From: a virus
Lineage: Duplodnaviria > Heunggongvirae > Uroviricota > Caudoviricetes
DNA: 64,000 bases
Reading direction: 5' to 3' (one strand)
Virus record (IMG/VR): IMGVR_UViG_3300008107_000202
Shown here piece by piece: positions 25,667-35,382 of this stretch; position 1 is the first letter of the stretch; every line of letters starts with the position of its first letter. The notes beneath the pieces were generated by a model, which searched no databases, had not been told where the DNA came from, and saw nothing but the letters and a program-made list of their open reading frames with translations. Made by a program: the position numbers and the translations under genes.

Positions 25667-26014
25667 ATGGCTAGAGTAAAACGCAATCGACCTAAAGTGA
25701 CGGACCATCAGCTGATCAAGCTGATTTCCGCTCACAGTAAATACCATGAGTATGAAGTGCGTGATATTCTACGTGCAATGGTATACATTACTCAATCTGA
25801 ACTAGTGAAGGGTAATACTGTTCAGATTCGTGGACTAGGTACGTGGGCAACCTTTCTGATTCCAGAGAGGTCGTGGTACAATGCTCATCTGGATTTGCAC
25901 ATGACTAAACCTGAAGAGTATAGAGTCGGGTATCGTTGTGATGCAGACATTAAGGGTGCAGTGAAGAAAGATAGTATTCTCAGGCAGGATATTGAATCGA
26001 AAGGAAGTAAATGA
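25667..26014 (+). CDS. hypothetical protein
   Basis: ORF only. Confidence 0.35.
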   Translation: MARVKRNRPKVTDHQLIKLISAHSKYHEYEVRDILRAMVYITQSELVKGNTVQIRGLGTWATFLIPERSWYNAHLDLHMTKPEEYRVGYRCDADIKGAVKKDSILRQDIESKGSK

Positions 26015-26541
26015 ACGTAAAAGACCCACCGTATTGGATGACAGCAGAACCACCCAAGGATGATGATATCCTAATCAATGATCCTCATGATGTATTCAAA
26101 GCAAAAGAACTACCTTCGTTTGTCTATCGTGCAGCACACCATGTAATCAATACCGGTTATCTAAACACCGTAGAGTTCTTCAAGGATTTGACTGAGCTTG
26201 AGTCATCGTTCCTTTGTGAAATGTGTAAGCTTAACGCTTCCATTCTTATGGGTGAAGCTACTGCTGTAAACCAGTCTCAACTTCATACGTTTGCAATTGT
26301 ACTAGAGTCGAGCAGGCTTACCGTACAGATGCTACACGCAGGTATCGGTGAAACAACAATCGAAAAGTCAAAACTGATTGACAGATTCACCAACCTGTAT
26401 AGAATGGCAGTTGCTCATCATCAGGCTCTTGTCAATGATGCAGTCTGTCACTATGAAAAGTTCGACATTCTAGCAGAACCTTCTGAGGGTAGACTTTTCT
26501 CTGACAAAAAACCCTCTGAACCTGACGGGAAAGGGGGTTGA
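26011..26541 (+). CDS. hypothetical protein
   Basis: ORF only. Confidence 0.35.
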   Translation: MNVKDPPYWMTAEPPKDDDILINDPHDVFKAKELPSFVYRAAHHVINTGYLNTVEFFKDLTELESSFLCEMCKLNASILMGEATAVNQSQLHTFAIVLESSRLTVQMLHAGIGETTIEKSKLIDRFTNLYRMAVAHHQALVNDAVCHYEKFDILAEPSEGRLFSDKKPSEPDGKGG

Positions 26542-26544
26542 CAG

Positions 26545-26730
26545 ATGCCCAAAAAAAAGAAACAATCTGATCCATTCGCTGAAGACTTTGACCTGTACGA
26601 CGATACTTTCGAAAAAGACGCAGTACAGCAGTTGACAAATCGAACAAGACAGCGTACATTCTACGAAGACACTTTCGATCAATCTAACCAAGAGGTAAAT
26701 TCACTATGGAAAACAAGCGGTTCGTGGTAA
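26545..26730 (+). CDS. small acidic protein
   Basis: ORF only. Confidence 0.3.
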   Translation: MPKKKKQSDPFAEDFDLYDDTFEKDAVQQLTNRTRQRTFYEDTFDQSNQEVNSLWKTSGSW

Positions 26731-26857
26731 AGTTCAACAACGGTGTGTGGAAGGCTTTCGACACTCATACTTTCACCGACATGGAACTCTTTCGTTTAAA
26801 GCGTGAAGCTGATGAAAAGGTCAAGTCAGTCAATGATCGTATTGCTCGGGAAAAGCA

Positions 26858-27061
26858 ATGACTAAGTTCGTAATCGGTGGTCGCTATAACTGGATTGGTC
26901 AACCTGAGCGGTTGATCTATCTTGGTGATAACTTCAGTGGTAATGGCTTCTGGCATCAATTCGCTAAGGTTGATAAACCTGATGTTGTTTGGTGTGAAGT
27001 CAAGGGTAACCAACTTGATCAATTCGAAGAAACCAAAGACCCTACAGTTGACAAGGTTTAA
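26858..27061 (+). CDS. hypothetical protein
   Basis: ORF only. Confidence 0.3.
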   Translation: MTKFVIGGRYNWIGQPERLIYLGDNFSGNGFWHQFAKVDKPDVVWCEVKGNQLDQFEETKDPTVDKV

Positions 27062-27111
27062 GTTCTAAGCTATAGTTCATTTCTCTGTTCAACAACCTCT
27101 AGGAGATTCAA

Positions 27112-27279
27112 TTGAAAGAAATTCATATCGTTCGTAACGCTAGCATCCCGCGTCTGTTCAACGTTGTCGAGGCTGACTTCGAAAACGAATCGGTTCGCAC
27201 GCTGTTCGAACGTCTGGAATACGATGACGCTGTGATGAAGAAGGAAGCAGTGGAAGCTCTGATGACGGAGTGTGCGTAA
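27112..27279 (+). CDS. small protein (TTG start after SD AGGAGA); preferred over the antisense ORFs 27123..27398
   Basis: RBS plus start; the rest of the block is on the plus strand. Confidence 0.3.
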   Translation: MKEIHIVRNASIPRLFNVVEADFENESVRTLFERLEYDDAVMKKEAVEALMTECA

Positions 27280-27553
27280 TGCAAGGCACGTTCACTGAGC
27301 GAATCGTTCGACCGAAGAACGCCAAGATGCGTCGGGAGCAGCGTGACCCAAAGCGTGACAAGCGCAATGATCGTGACTTCTCTCGGCAGCGTGAACAAAA
27401 GCGAGGGTGGAATTCTGAATCAACCGAATGAAATACCTCAGAATTGGCCTTTCCCTACTTACAAAGGGGTCTTGTTGCAGCAGGTTAGAAAGCGTGATAC
27501 ACTAGATCATGTTCCTGAATTCGACAAACTCTCAGACAAAGTAGGAGATACCA

Positions 27554-28096
27554 ATGCTGAACAAGAAGCTCTTTTTTAAGCCTCTGACGGGCTTGCTTTT
27601 GCTGCTCTGCCTTGTCCCTGTTACACTCAACCCTGGTCCCGAAAGGTACTGGTTTCAGTCACAACAGGCACGAGCAGAGCAGTTTTTTTTGGACTATCAC
27701 TGCATGGTTGAAGCCTTGTGGTTTGAAGCTCGCAATGACAATGAAATCGGCAAGCGTGCTGTAGCTACAGTAATTATCAACCGTGTCCAGAGCCCCAGGT
27801 TTAGCAATACGATCTGCGGTGTCATCCAGCAACACATGCAGTTCTCTTATAGAAATCGTCTAAAGAATCGCAAAGCTATCCTGCAACCGAAGCCTCAACC
27901 CTCTGAAAAAACCAAGCTAGAAATGATTAAGAGTATTGCATATGAAGTTGCGAGTGGTAAATTCAAGCCTGTGTTGCCATCAAACGTACTGTGGTATCAT
28001 ACCTACAGTGTAAACCCTGTGTGGAATCGAAAGATGAAAGCTGTTATGCTTCCTGGCTCCAAACATGTATTCCTGAAAGGAAATGACCGTGGTTAA
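27554..28096 (+). CDS. secreted SleB/CwlJ-family cell-wall hydrolase (candidate endolysin)
   Basis: Signal peptide; ALWFEARNDNEIGKRAVATVIINRV typical of Hydrolase_2. Confidence 0.65.
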   Translation: MLNKKLFFKPLTGLLLLLCLVPVTLNPGPERYWFQSQQARAEQFFLDYHCMVEALWFEARNDNEIGKRAVATVIINRVQSPRFSNTICGVIQQHMQFSYRNRLKNRKAILQPKPQPSEKTKLEMIKSIAYEVASGKFKPVLPSNVLWYHTYSVNPVWNRKMKAVMLPGSKHVFLKGNDRG

Positions 28097-28394
28097 ACCA
28101 ATCGTTCGAATCAAAGATGCTTTTCTGCAACGAAGTGTCGTTTGGTCTGATGCAAACACAAAGCAATGCTACGTTCTAATTGGAACGGTGCTAGACTATC
28201 CTGAACAACACATGGCTTTTCCTGGCTGTGTTGAGAATCACCAACAAGTCCAGACAAGTGAAGTCCTTGAGGTCAAGGGTGACATTGTGATCACTGCACG
28301 CACTGAATATCATGTACAAAACTGGTTGACAGAGCCGACGTTTCAGACTACACTTGCTGCTCACTTCGGTAAAGAAGGTCTTACATCGTACTGA
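28083..28394 (+). CDS. hypothetical protein
   Basis: ORF only. Confidence 0.35.
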   Translation: MTVVKPIVRIKDAFLQRSVVWSDANTKQCYVLIGTVLDYPEQHMAFPGCVENHQQVQTSEVLEVKGDIVITARTEYHVQNWLTEPTFQTTLAAHFGKEGLTSY

Positions 28395-28404
28395 AAGGTA
28401 AATT

Positions 28405-28857
28405 ATGCGCAAAGGTGAAATGCTCGACAAAGCGATTCTGATTGCAACCAATGCTCACGCTGGTCAATTCGACAAGGGTGGTCGTCCGTACATCCTGCAT
28501 CCTCTTGCTGTGATGCACATTCTGAACACTGAAATCGAAGAGTTGAACAGTGCAGCAGTTCTTCATGATGTAATCGAAGACACCAAAGTTACATATGCCG
28601 ATCTTCGTGCTGCAGGTATTAACGAGTCAGTAATTGCAATTGTCCGAATTCTTACGAAAGTTCCCGGTGAAACCTACGATGAATACAAGGCTCGTGTTAT
28701 GGAAAGCCCCGATGCCATGAGGGTTAAGCTTGCGGACTTGACACACAACAGCGATATCCGTAGACTCAAGGGTGTGTCTGAAAAAGACATTGTACGGATG
28801 GCTAAGTATCATGCTTTCTATCTGGAAATCACCGCTAAGCTGGAAGGAAAATCGTGA
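28405..28857 (+). CDS. HD-domain (p)ppGpp hydrolase (Mesh1/SpoT small alarmone hydrolase-like)
   Basis: AHAGQFDKGGRPYILHPLAV ... AAVLHDVIEDT. Confidence 0.75.
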   Translation: MRKGEMLDKAILIATNAHAGQFDKGGRPYILHPLAVMHILNTEIEELNSAAVLHDVIEDTKVTYADLRAAGINESVIAIVRILTKVPGETYDEYKARVMESPDAMRVKLADLTHNSDIRRLKGVSEKDIVRMAKYHAFYLEITAKLEGKS

Positions 28858-29084
28858 TTCATCTTGCACACATTGTCAGCACTCCTTCTCTGAAGGGTTA
28901 TCTTTGGCAGAAGTCCATCGCAGGTTATCACTACGAAATGGAAGTGCTTGACAATCAAGGAACCAAAGTCTACACTGAAGAGCTTCACGACAAGTCTTTC
29001 GAACAAGCCGTGAGTGAAATCCAGAGTGTCATGCAGGTTCTTACCTTCAGCGACGAACTGCGAATCTACGAAGAATTCGCTTGA
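28854..29084 (+). CDS. hypothetical protein
   Basis: ORF only. Confidence 0.3.
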   Translation: MIHLAHIVSTPSLKGYLWQKSIAGYHYEMEVLDNQGTKVYTEELHDKSFEQAVSEIQSVMQVLTFSDELRIYEEFA

Positions 29085-29108
29085 CAAGCTGAGTAGTTCT
29101 GCTAAAGT
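29081..29108 (+). promoter_or_regulatory. A-type promoter TTGACA-N16-TAAAGT
   Basis: Member of a six-copy family (also at 30762, 32189, 33462, 34125, 34684), each followed by a conserved leader and AGGAGA RBS. Confidence 0.55.
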
Positions 29109-29143
29109 ACAACCCATCGTAATTAACCAACAGGAGATACCAA

Positions 29144-29902
29144 ATGCGTTTCAAGACTCTTACCGCTACCATCCTTCGCAACGCTGCAATGCGTGTTCAA
29201 GAAAGTTCACTTCCGATGTGTTGGGCAATTCGTAATGAACTGCGTGAGAACGGTTTCGGTTACAGTGAAGCAATCAGGATTGTCGCAGTAGAATTCGAAA
29301 GCCTGCTTGAAAAAATGAATGTTCCTACCAATGGTTGGTTGTGGCTGAGTGGTAAGACGTGGGAAGAACGCCAAGGTCGTCGTTGGGACACCGATCCTGA
29401 ACTTCGTGAAGCTCGCGTCATGTTCCTGCTAATGTTGGCTGATGCTGTTGCGTATAAGACCGAGCGTGTCAAATCCAATGATGGTTGGATCGATGGTAGC
29501 ATCAAGCCTGAAAAGCCGGGTGTGTATCAGCGTGAATTTGATACTCTGGATCATGTTCAGTTTGGTTACTTCGACGGGGTTTGGCACTACGGCAGTCGAA
29601 CTGTTGAAGATACACTGAGTCGATTTAAGAGTCAGTCGTTTGTAGCAATTAATCAAAACCGTCGCTGGAAGCACATTGAGCAGAAACCTGCGAACCTTGT
29701 TTCGTTCAGTGTCAATCCTGTTGAGCCGGGTGTGTATGCTGTGCAACACAAAAATAAAGTCATTCACTACTCTAAGTGGAATGGTAAGTTCTGGTGCCTG
29801 ACTGATGATATTGAAGGTGCAAAAAGTCAAAAACGAAAGTCGTTTGGTATTTATGACGACAATGCATACACCGGCTGGTACGCAACTCGACTTGACAACT
29901 GA
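29144..29902 (+). CDS. hypothetical protein; paralog of 32860..33465
   Basis: Shared MRFKxLTAT..RNxA.R and FLLMLADA(V/I)AYKT blocks. Confidence 0.45.
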   Translation: MRFKTLTATILRNAAMRVQESSLPMCWAIRNELRENGFGYSEAIRIVAVEFESLLEKMNVPTNGWLWLSGKTWEERQGRRWDTDPELREARVMFLLMLADAVAYKTERVKSNDGWIDGSIKPEKPGVYQREFDTLDHVQFGYFDGVWHYGSRTVEDTLSRFKSQSFVAINQNRRWKHIEQKPANLVSFSVNPVEPGVYAVQHKNKVIHYSKWNGKFWCLTDDIEGAKSQKRKSFGIYDDNAYTGWYATRLDN

Positions 29903-30251
29903 ACCAAAGGAAGCTAACATGCTGCACGTTCTAACAAATGTTCTGGCAATCATTGCAGCGGGTGTTCCTCTGATGATTGTGGATGCGCTACGTTCGATTC
30001 AATTCTTCAAGGCACGAAAGGTAAAGTAATGTACACTCTGTATTTCTTTCATGATGAAACGACTCAAGACTCCATGAGTTACGAGTTCGATAACCGCAAT
30101 GAAGCTCTTGAGGTTGCTATTGCTACCGTCAGGACTGAAGAAATCTTCCCGATTGCAGAGATTCGTGATGAAGATGGAGTGCTTGTCAACCGCATCACTC
30201 CTGCTGTATAATCTCTGATTTCCACACACAAACTACGAAAGGAAACCTACC

Positions 30252-30521
30252 ATGTCTACTCGTCTGCAAACTATCCGTAATCTTATCGCGTCCAGCCAAG
30301 GTCGATTCTTCACTGCTACCTTCGTGAAGAAGAACGGTGAAGTCCGAGTGATGAACGCTCGAATCGGTGTCAAGTCGCACTCTGCTGGTGGCACGCCTTC
30401 GACTGCTGCTCATGAGCAATACATGACTGTGTTCGATGCGAAGATCAATGCATATCGCACACTCAACCTTGAGACGATTTCGAAGCTCAAGATCAACGGT
30501 GTCACGTTCGAGGTACAATGA
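30252..30521 (+). CDS. hypothetical protein
   Basis: ORF only. Confidence 0.3.
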   Translation: MSTRLQTIRNLIASSQGRFFTATFVKKNGEVRVMNARIGVKSHSAGGTPSTAAHEQYMTVFDAKINAYRTLNLETISKLKINGVTFEVQ

Positions 30522-30724
30522 TGAAGTATCGATTGCAGGTTATTACTCCGCTTGGTACCTTCTACAGCAAGTGGTTTGAAAACCAAGCTGCCGTTCGAGT
30601 GTCTGAAATTGAATTCGAAAAGCTTGGTAATCTAAAGATGCCTGCTGAAGATGGCAGTATCATTCGAATCCCGGAAGGTACTTACCTAAATAGTATCGTC
30701 ATCGTCGAAAAGTCCGAACAGTGA
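30518..30724 (+). CDS. hypothetical protein
   Basis: ORF only. Confidence 0.3.
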   Translation: MMKYRLQVITPLGTFYSKWFENQAAVRVSEIEFEKLGNLKMPAEDGSIIRIPEGTYLNSIVIVEKSEQ

Positions 30725-30730
30725 AGAAGA

Positions 30731-30756
30731 CCCTGCCAAGTGCAGGGTTTTTTCTT
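30731..30756 (+). terminator. Rho-independent terminator CCCTGC-CAAGT-GCAGGG + TTTTTTC
   Basis: Immediately followed by promoter TTGACA-N16-TAAAGT (30762-30789). Confidence 0.6.
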
Positions 30757-30820
30757 TTTACTTGACACTTTCTGTGATTCTGTTAAAGTAACACCCATCG
30801 CAACACACAGGAGATATCCA

Positions 30821-31189
30821 GTGATCAACCAAATCCTCGGTCGTGCTACTCTCGGTCAACCTGATCCGGTGGTTGGTATGGGTGCAACTCTGCTGTACAT
30901 GACTGACCGCTACCCTGCGACGATATTCCGTGTGTTCACCTATCGTAAGTGCATGGCTGTGGAAGTGCGCGAGGATGAATACTCACACATTGGTGAAGGT
31001 TACCTGGGTGACTTCAAGACCTGCGTGCGAGCTACCCCTAAGTATTTCGTCTTCAAGAAAGGTGTGTGGGTCCGTCTGCAAGTCGAAGATAATGATGTAG
31101 AGTTTGCTAAGAAGAAGTTCAGCACTACTACTGAGCGTGGTGGTCTGCGGATTGGTCAACGTGACGGTTATCAAGACCCTCATTTCTGA
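30821..31189 (+). CDS. hypothetical protein (GTG start after AGGAGA)
   Basis: Leader conserved with the other A-type cassettes. Confidence 0.4.
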   Translation: MINQILGRATLGQPDPVVGMGATLLYMTDRYPATIFRVFTYRKCMAVEVREDEYSHIGEGYLGDFKTCVRATPKYFVFKKGVWVRLQVEDNDVEFAKKKFSTTTERGGLRIGQRDGYQDPHF

Positions 31190-31322
31190 AAGGAAATCAA
31201 GTGAACATTACCTGCTCTGACATGAAACAGTTCATCGAAGTGATTGCTGGTCTTGTCCGCGAAGGCTTGACGTTTAATGCAGATGCTGATAGACTCGTGA
31301 TCAATCTTACAGGAGGTCACTG

Positions 31323-31748
31323 ATGAAAGTCTTCGTCTACTTCAACCTGCATCGCAAGTGCTTCAGCGTCAAGGCTCTCGAAGGCGCACTCAAGGGTCGT
31401 GTAATCATCCATGCCTCCTACGTTAATCTTTACAATTGTGCTTTCAAAGTATCAGAAGCCGGTCGTCAACGTGTCCTGCGTGAGAAGCGTAAAAATGTCC
31501 ACGCGGGTGTTGTAGGCAATCTTCAGTCGTTTACGTTCGTTGATCAACAAAACAACATGGCAGAGTTTCGCAAAGATTGCACTTATGCTCTCGCTTTTGA
31601 AAAACCCCACAACCGAGTCAAGTATAATCCGTACAAACTTGACAAGTTCTACCGAGAGGAAGACAATGCATGCATTCCGGTTGAAAAGCACCAGCTTGTT
31701 TCCCTGGCAAAGCTCGAAGGTCAACCTCCTGTAATCTATTTGCACTAA
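31323..31748 (+). CDS. hypothetical protein
   Basis: ORF only. Confidence 0.4.
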   Translation: MKVFVYFNLHRKCFSVKALEGALKGRVIIHASYVNLYNCAFKVSEAGRQRVLREKRKNVHAGVVGNLQSFTFVDQQNNMAEFRKDCTYALAFEKPHNRVKYNPYKLDKFYREEDNACIPVEKHQLVSLAKLEGQPPVIYLH

Positions 31749-31757
31749 GGAATCAAT

Positions 31758-32180
31758 ATGCCGTTCATCGAAAATGTCAGTCTAGACGATGCCCGTAAAG
31801 CTTGGCATTTCGACCCTGGCCCGAACTCTCTGCTGATCCGAATCATTGATCCTGACATGGAGTTTGGTCAGGTCAAGTTGCCGTTCAAGGAAACTGCCAA
31901 GTTCAAGTTCCTCGATTCTGAGGACGGTGACGGTATCCCTGAGCACTTTAAGATCAATGAAAGTGAAGCTGATCATATTGTCGAACGGTTGATCCATGCT
32001 CGTAACAACCACATGAACGTCATCGTGCATTGTGTCGCGGGTGTCTGCCGCAGTGGTGCTGTGGTAGAATTCGCTGTTGCAGCCCTTGGTTTCCAAGACA
32101 CTGAAAAGTTCAGGCAACCGAACCTTCGGGTCAAGCGGATGCTGTTCGAAGCGTATGAAAGAATTGCTAGCGGAAATTAA
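31758..32180 (+). CDS. dual-specificity/tyrosine protein phosphatase (CX5R)
   Basis: VIVHCVAGVCRSGA P-loop. Confidence 0.75.
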   Translation: MPFIENVSLDDARKAWHFDPGPNSLLIRIIDPDMEFGQVKLPFKETAKFKFLDSEDGDGIPEHFKINESEADHIVERLIHARNNHMNVIVHCVAGVCRSGAVVEFAVAALGFQDTEKFRQPNLRVKRMLFEAYERIASGN

Positions 32181-32223
32181 CCATTCGCTTGACTCAACTA
32201 TTACCTTCTGCTAAAGTCCTGAC

Positions 32224-32367
32224 ATGACAACTCAACGCCAACGCAAAATGAAGATCAAGATCAAGCAGCAGAAGCCTCGTAATCCGACTGTAGAAGTCGT
32301 GATGCGTAAACCTGTGCAAAAGCACCGCAATCGCAAGCGTGATGCTAAGATGCAACCTGTGGAGTAA
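32224..32367 (+). CDS. small highly basic protein (47 aa) behind an A-type promoter
   Basis: ATG 9 nt after TAAAGT; preferred over the antisense ORF 32232..32414. Confidence 0.3.
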   Translation: MTTQRQRKMKIKIKQQKPRNPTVEVVMRKPVQKHRNRKRDAKMQPVE

Positions 32368-32369
32368 CC

Positions 32370-32816
32370 ATGAACTTTCTGCAAAACCGTGATCTGTACA
32401 TTGACCATACTCATCCTGATTACAAGTATCTAAAGAGCACTTTCAAGTTGCCGACATTTGGTCAATGGGAAACCGATACTTCAGTTAAAGAGGTATCAGA
32501 TACTGAATTGTGGCAACAGTTGACAATGTTCAGTTTCGCAGCCAGCACTGTTGTTTGCAGTGAAAACGTGGACAATGGAGTGTGGTGTAAGATCAAGGCA
32601 TTTTACGTCGCTGATGATCAATCGTGGATCATTGTTGCGTACCCATACTCTACCTTCGGTTCCAGCAAAGATTCAAAGTGGAAGCTTGACAAACCCCGCT
32701 ACTTCAAGTACCAAAAATGCAACCATGAATTTACCAGTCGTTCTGTCGGTCGTTGCATCACTGAATACACCTGCAAGCTGTGTGGTTTTGTGAATGTAGT
32801 TGACAGCAGCGACTGA
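32370..32816 (+). CDS. hypothetical protein with C-terminal Cys cluster (Zn ribbon)
   Basis: CNHEF..CITEYTCKLCGF. Confidence 0.4.
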   Translation: MNFLQNRDLYIDHTHPDYKYLKSTFKLPTFGQWETDTSVKEVSDTELWQQLTMFSFAASTVVCSENVDNGVWCKIKAFYVADDQSWIIVAYPYSTFGSSKDSKWKLDKPRYFKYQKCNHEFTSRSVGRCITEYTCKLCGFVNVVDSSD

Positions 32817-32859
32817 AGTCTGTACAGTTCACATCATCGTAATCAACAGGAGATATCAA

Positions 32860-33465
32860 ATGCGTTTCAAGTTCCTCACTGCTACCCTTGTGCGTAATAC
32901 TGCACTGCGTATGCGTAGTATCAAAATGAATACCGAAGGTGACGAATTCATGTGCAACGCATTGGTTCGTGAAGCTACGTCACAAGGCTTTGAAAATGGC
33001 TCACGTCAAATGAATGGTGTAAAACGGGAATTTCACAATGTTCTAAAAGAAATGCAAGTTAGCACTGCCGGTAGTCTTTCTCATCCTGAACGAACGGATC
33101 GTGAAGCACGTACGTATGAGTGGAGAAGTGAAGCTCGTATTCTGTTCCTCTTGATGTTGGCAGATGCTATCGCATACAAGACGAACGGTGGTAAGAAAGT
33201 CAAGCCGGTTCCGCCTCCTATCATTCTCCCTGATCCGGGCATGGTCTTCATCAAAGAAATTGGTGTTGATCGGTATACTGCAAAGAATGCATACGGTACG
33301 TTCGTGATGCAACGTGGTAACCCCAATGCTCGTGAACTGAAAGCAAAAACCGACCGTTGGTGTCTGATTGATCCAAATGGACAAGTGATCGTGGACGATG
33401 AAGTTTTCCGCAACCAGATTGCGTTCGATTACCATCTTGTACTTCAACGACAATACTGGGCTTGA
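32860..33465 (+). CDS. hypothetical protein; paralog of 29144..29902
   Basis: Shared sequence blocks. Confidence 0.45.
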   Translation: MRFKFLTATLVRNTALRMRSIKMNTEGDEFMCNALVREATSQGFENGSRQMNGVKREFHNVLKEMQVSTAGSLSHPERTDREARTYEWRSEARILFLLMLADAIAYKTNGGKKVKPVPPPIILPDPGMVFIKEIGVDRYTAKNAYGTFVMQRGNPNARELKAKTDRWCLIDPNGQVIVDDEVFRNQIAFDYHLVLQRQYWA

Positions 33466-33524
33466 CTCAACAATAGCTTTCAGTTAAAGTACAACCCGTC
33501 CAAACAACCCGTAGGAGAAACCTG

Positions 33525-33839
33525 ATGATCAAGAGTACCGTTAGCCGTGCGAAGCGGCGTGCATTTGTCAAGTTCTACAAACAGCGCCTGAAAAATATTG
33601 GTTGGCATTACATCTGTTGGGCTGCTGACTCGTACACGAACGACTTCGAAGTTCGCCATGATGTCATGAAATCTGTCGAACATACTCTCAGTCGTTCGAA
33701 CTGCAATACAATCCCGAGTGTCTTCGATACCCACGGTGAAAAAGAACGTCAACAAGTTCGCAACAAGTGGCTGCGAATCTATGCTGAACAAGGTGTAGCG
33801 TATCACTGGCAAGACACTGATCAACCTTACACCAAGTAA
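33525..33839 (+). CDS. hypothetical protein; paralog of 34184..34675
   Basis: KSTxSRxxRRxxVK and (W/F)LR(I/L)YAEQG(V/I)AY blocks shared. Confidence 0.4.
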   Translation: MIKSTVSRAKRRAFVKFYKQRLKNIGWHYICWAADSYTNDFEVRHDVMKSVEHTLSRSNCNTIPSVFDTHGEKERQQVRNKWLRIYAEQGVAYHWQDTDQPYTK

Positions 33840-33870
33840 TCACAACCCCTCAACTCATAAAGGAAATCAA

Positions 33871-34116
33871 ATGCAAATCGTTAACACTGTCAAGTCTTTA
33901 TTCGCTCCTACCACTCCGAAGGTCACGGTTGCTACCGTCCTGGCACAATTCAGTCAGACTGTCGCTCAACTTGAGCAGGTTCGTGCTGAGAGTGAAGCTG
34001 CTGCGGATGCCGCTGCTGCTACCATCGCTGAACTGGAAGTTCAACGTGCTGATTCGCTGAAGGAAGCCGGTCGTGCTGCCTCGGTTGCTGCGAAGATTTC
34101 TGCTCTGCTGGATTAA
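33871..34116 (+). CDS. Ala-rich small protein
   Basis: ORF only. Confidence 0.3.
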   Translation: MQIVNTVKSLFAPTTPKVTVATVLAQFSQTVAQLEQVRAESEAAADAAAATIAELEVQRADSLKEAGRAASVAAKISALLD

Positions 34117-34183
34117 CCTTGCGCTTGACTCAGGTATCTGAGTCTGTTAAAGTACATCCATCGCAACACACACAGGAGATTTC

Positions 34184-34675
34184 ATGTACAAGAGTACCCT
34201 CAGTCGTCAAGCCCGTCGCAACGCAGTTAAGGCAATCAAGTCTGCTGCGTTGAAGGATGGTAATCCGAATTTCGACGGTGGAATCTGCCAGTACATCAGT
34301 TCTGTGGCTGTACCGGAACAAAAGCATCGATTAGACATTCGTGGTGCAATCAATACAACGCTAGGTAGGGAAGCATTTCTTCCTGATGCTGTGATTCCTC
34401 ACCCTGTTTGTTATCAACCAAAGCTTCGTACCGCAATGCGAATGAAGTTTCTTCGACTCTACGCTGAACAAGGTATTGCATATACTCCGTTCGAATGGTT
34501 GAACAAGGTTGACTCTCGCTTTGCGAAGTGGAAATCTGAAGTCAACAAGATTGCTGCAAAACACAACCTTGTGCCCGCTGTCAATCCTTCTGTCTCTGAG
34601 CAAGAGACGTGGACGAAGCATTACATGAACAATTTGACTCCGAAGCAAGCTTGGGATGCAACTCCCTGGCGATAA
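34184..34675 (+). CDS. hypothetical protein; paralog of 33525..33839
   Basis: Shared sequence blocks. Confidence 0.4.
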   Translation: MYKSTLSRQARRNAVKAIKSAALKDGNPNFDGGICQYISSVAVPEQKHRLDIRGAINTTLGREAFLPDAVIPHPVCYQPKLRTAMRMKFLRLYAEQGIAYTPFEWLNKVDSRFAKWKSEVNKIAAKHNLVPAVNPSVSEQETWTKHYMNNLTPKQAWDATPWR

Positions 34676-34748
34676 CCACACGCTTGACTCGGGTACTCTT
34701 TCAAGCTAAACTCTAGTCTTCTGTTAAACAACCTCTAGGAGAAAACAC

Positions 34749-34976
34749 ATGGAAATCATCGGTAACGCAATCATCGGCACCGCCCGCGAATTCGAAGAGA
34801 ACAAGGTGGAACTCAATGGTGTGGCACTCACGCAAGTCACAATCAATGCCCTCGGTGCCCACAAGGTCATCGAATACTTCGGTGAAGGCCCCAAGCCTGC
34901 CCGTGGCAAGACCCCGAAGGTATACAAGGCTGAGAGCAAGGAAGGTATGGTGTTCAAGCTTCCTGAGTCGGAATGA
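34749..34976 (+). CDS. hypothetical protein
   Basis: ORF only. Confidence 0.3.
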   Translation: MEIIGNAIIGTAREFEENKVELNGVALTQVTINALGAHKVIEYFGEGPKPARGKTPKVYKAESKEGMVFKLPESE

Positions 34977-35111
34977 GCTACAACAGCAGTCAGTACGCTG
35001 CCCAATTGATTTATGATCGGGCTATTCGTGAAGCATGCGGCAAAGTTCCTGCGAGTGAACCGAGTCAATGTCACCAGCCGGTGACTAAAGTAAAGCAAAA
35101 GGAAAAAACCA

Positions 35112-35309
35112 ATGAAGGAACTGCTCGTAATCCTAATGGCAATCACGCTGGTTAGTGCCTTCGTGTTTGCGGGGTATGTTTTCGGTGCTGTCATCGGTAC
35201 ACTGCTGATTTTGTTCTGCGCTGTGGTCTTCAGTGGCTTCCTGATCTTCCTTGCAATCGAAAGCTTGTGGGGTGTACTGAAGTCTCTGTTCAAGCAAAAG
35301 ACCAAGTAA
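35112..35309 (+). CDS. small two-TM membrane protein (holin-like size)
   Basis: Hydrophobic 65-aa ORF. Confidence 0.3.
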   Translation: MKELLVILMAITLVSAFVFAGYVFGAVIGTLLILFCAVVFSGFLIFLAIESLWGVLKSLFKQKTK

Positions 35310-35321
35310 TTCTGTCAGGAT

Positions 35322-35351
35322 TTGACAGCATAGTCTGAATCGCTGTATACT
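35322..35351 (+). promoter_or_regulatory. B-type promoter cassette (TTGACA/TTGCAG-N18-TGTATACT plus conserved leader TCTATCGCAAC..AGGAGA)
   Basis: Four near-identical ~90-nt copies, at 35307-35385, 35888-35935, 36790-36866 and 37358-37436. Confidence 0.55.
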
Positions 35352-35382
35352 GCGTCTATCGCAACAGACAGGAGATAGACAG

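Noticed and set aside
27123-27398. Minus-strand ORFs 27123..27398 and 27158..27367
   Set aside because: Plus-strand small ORFs with SD sequences fit the unidirectional block better.
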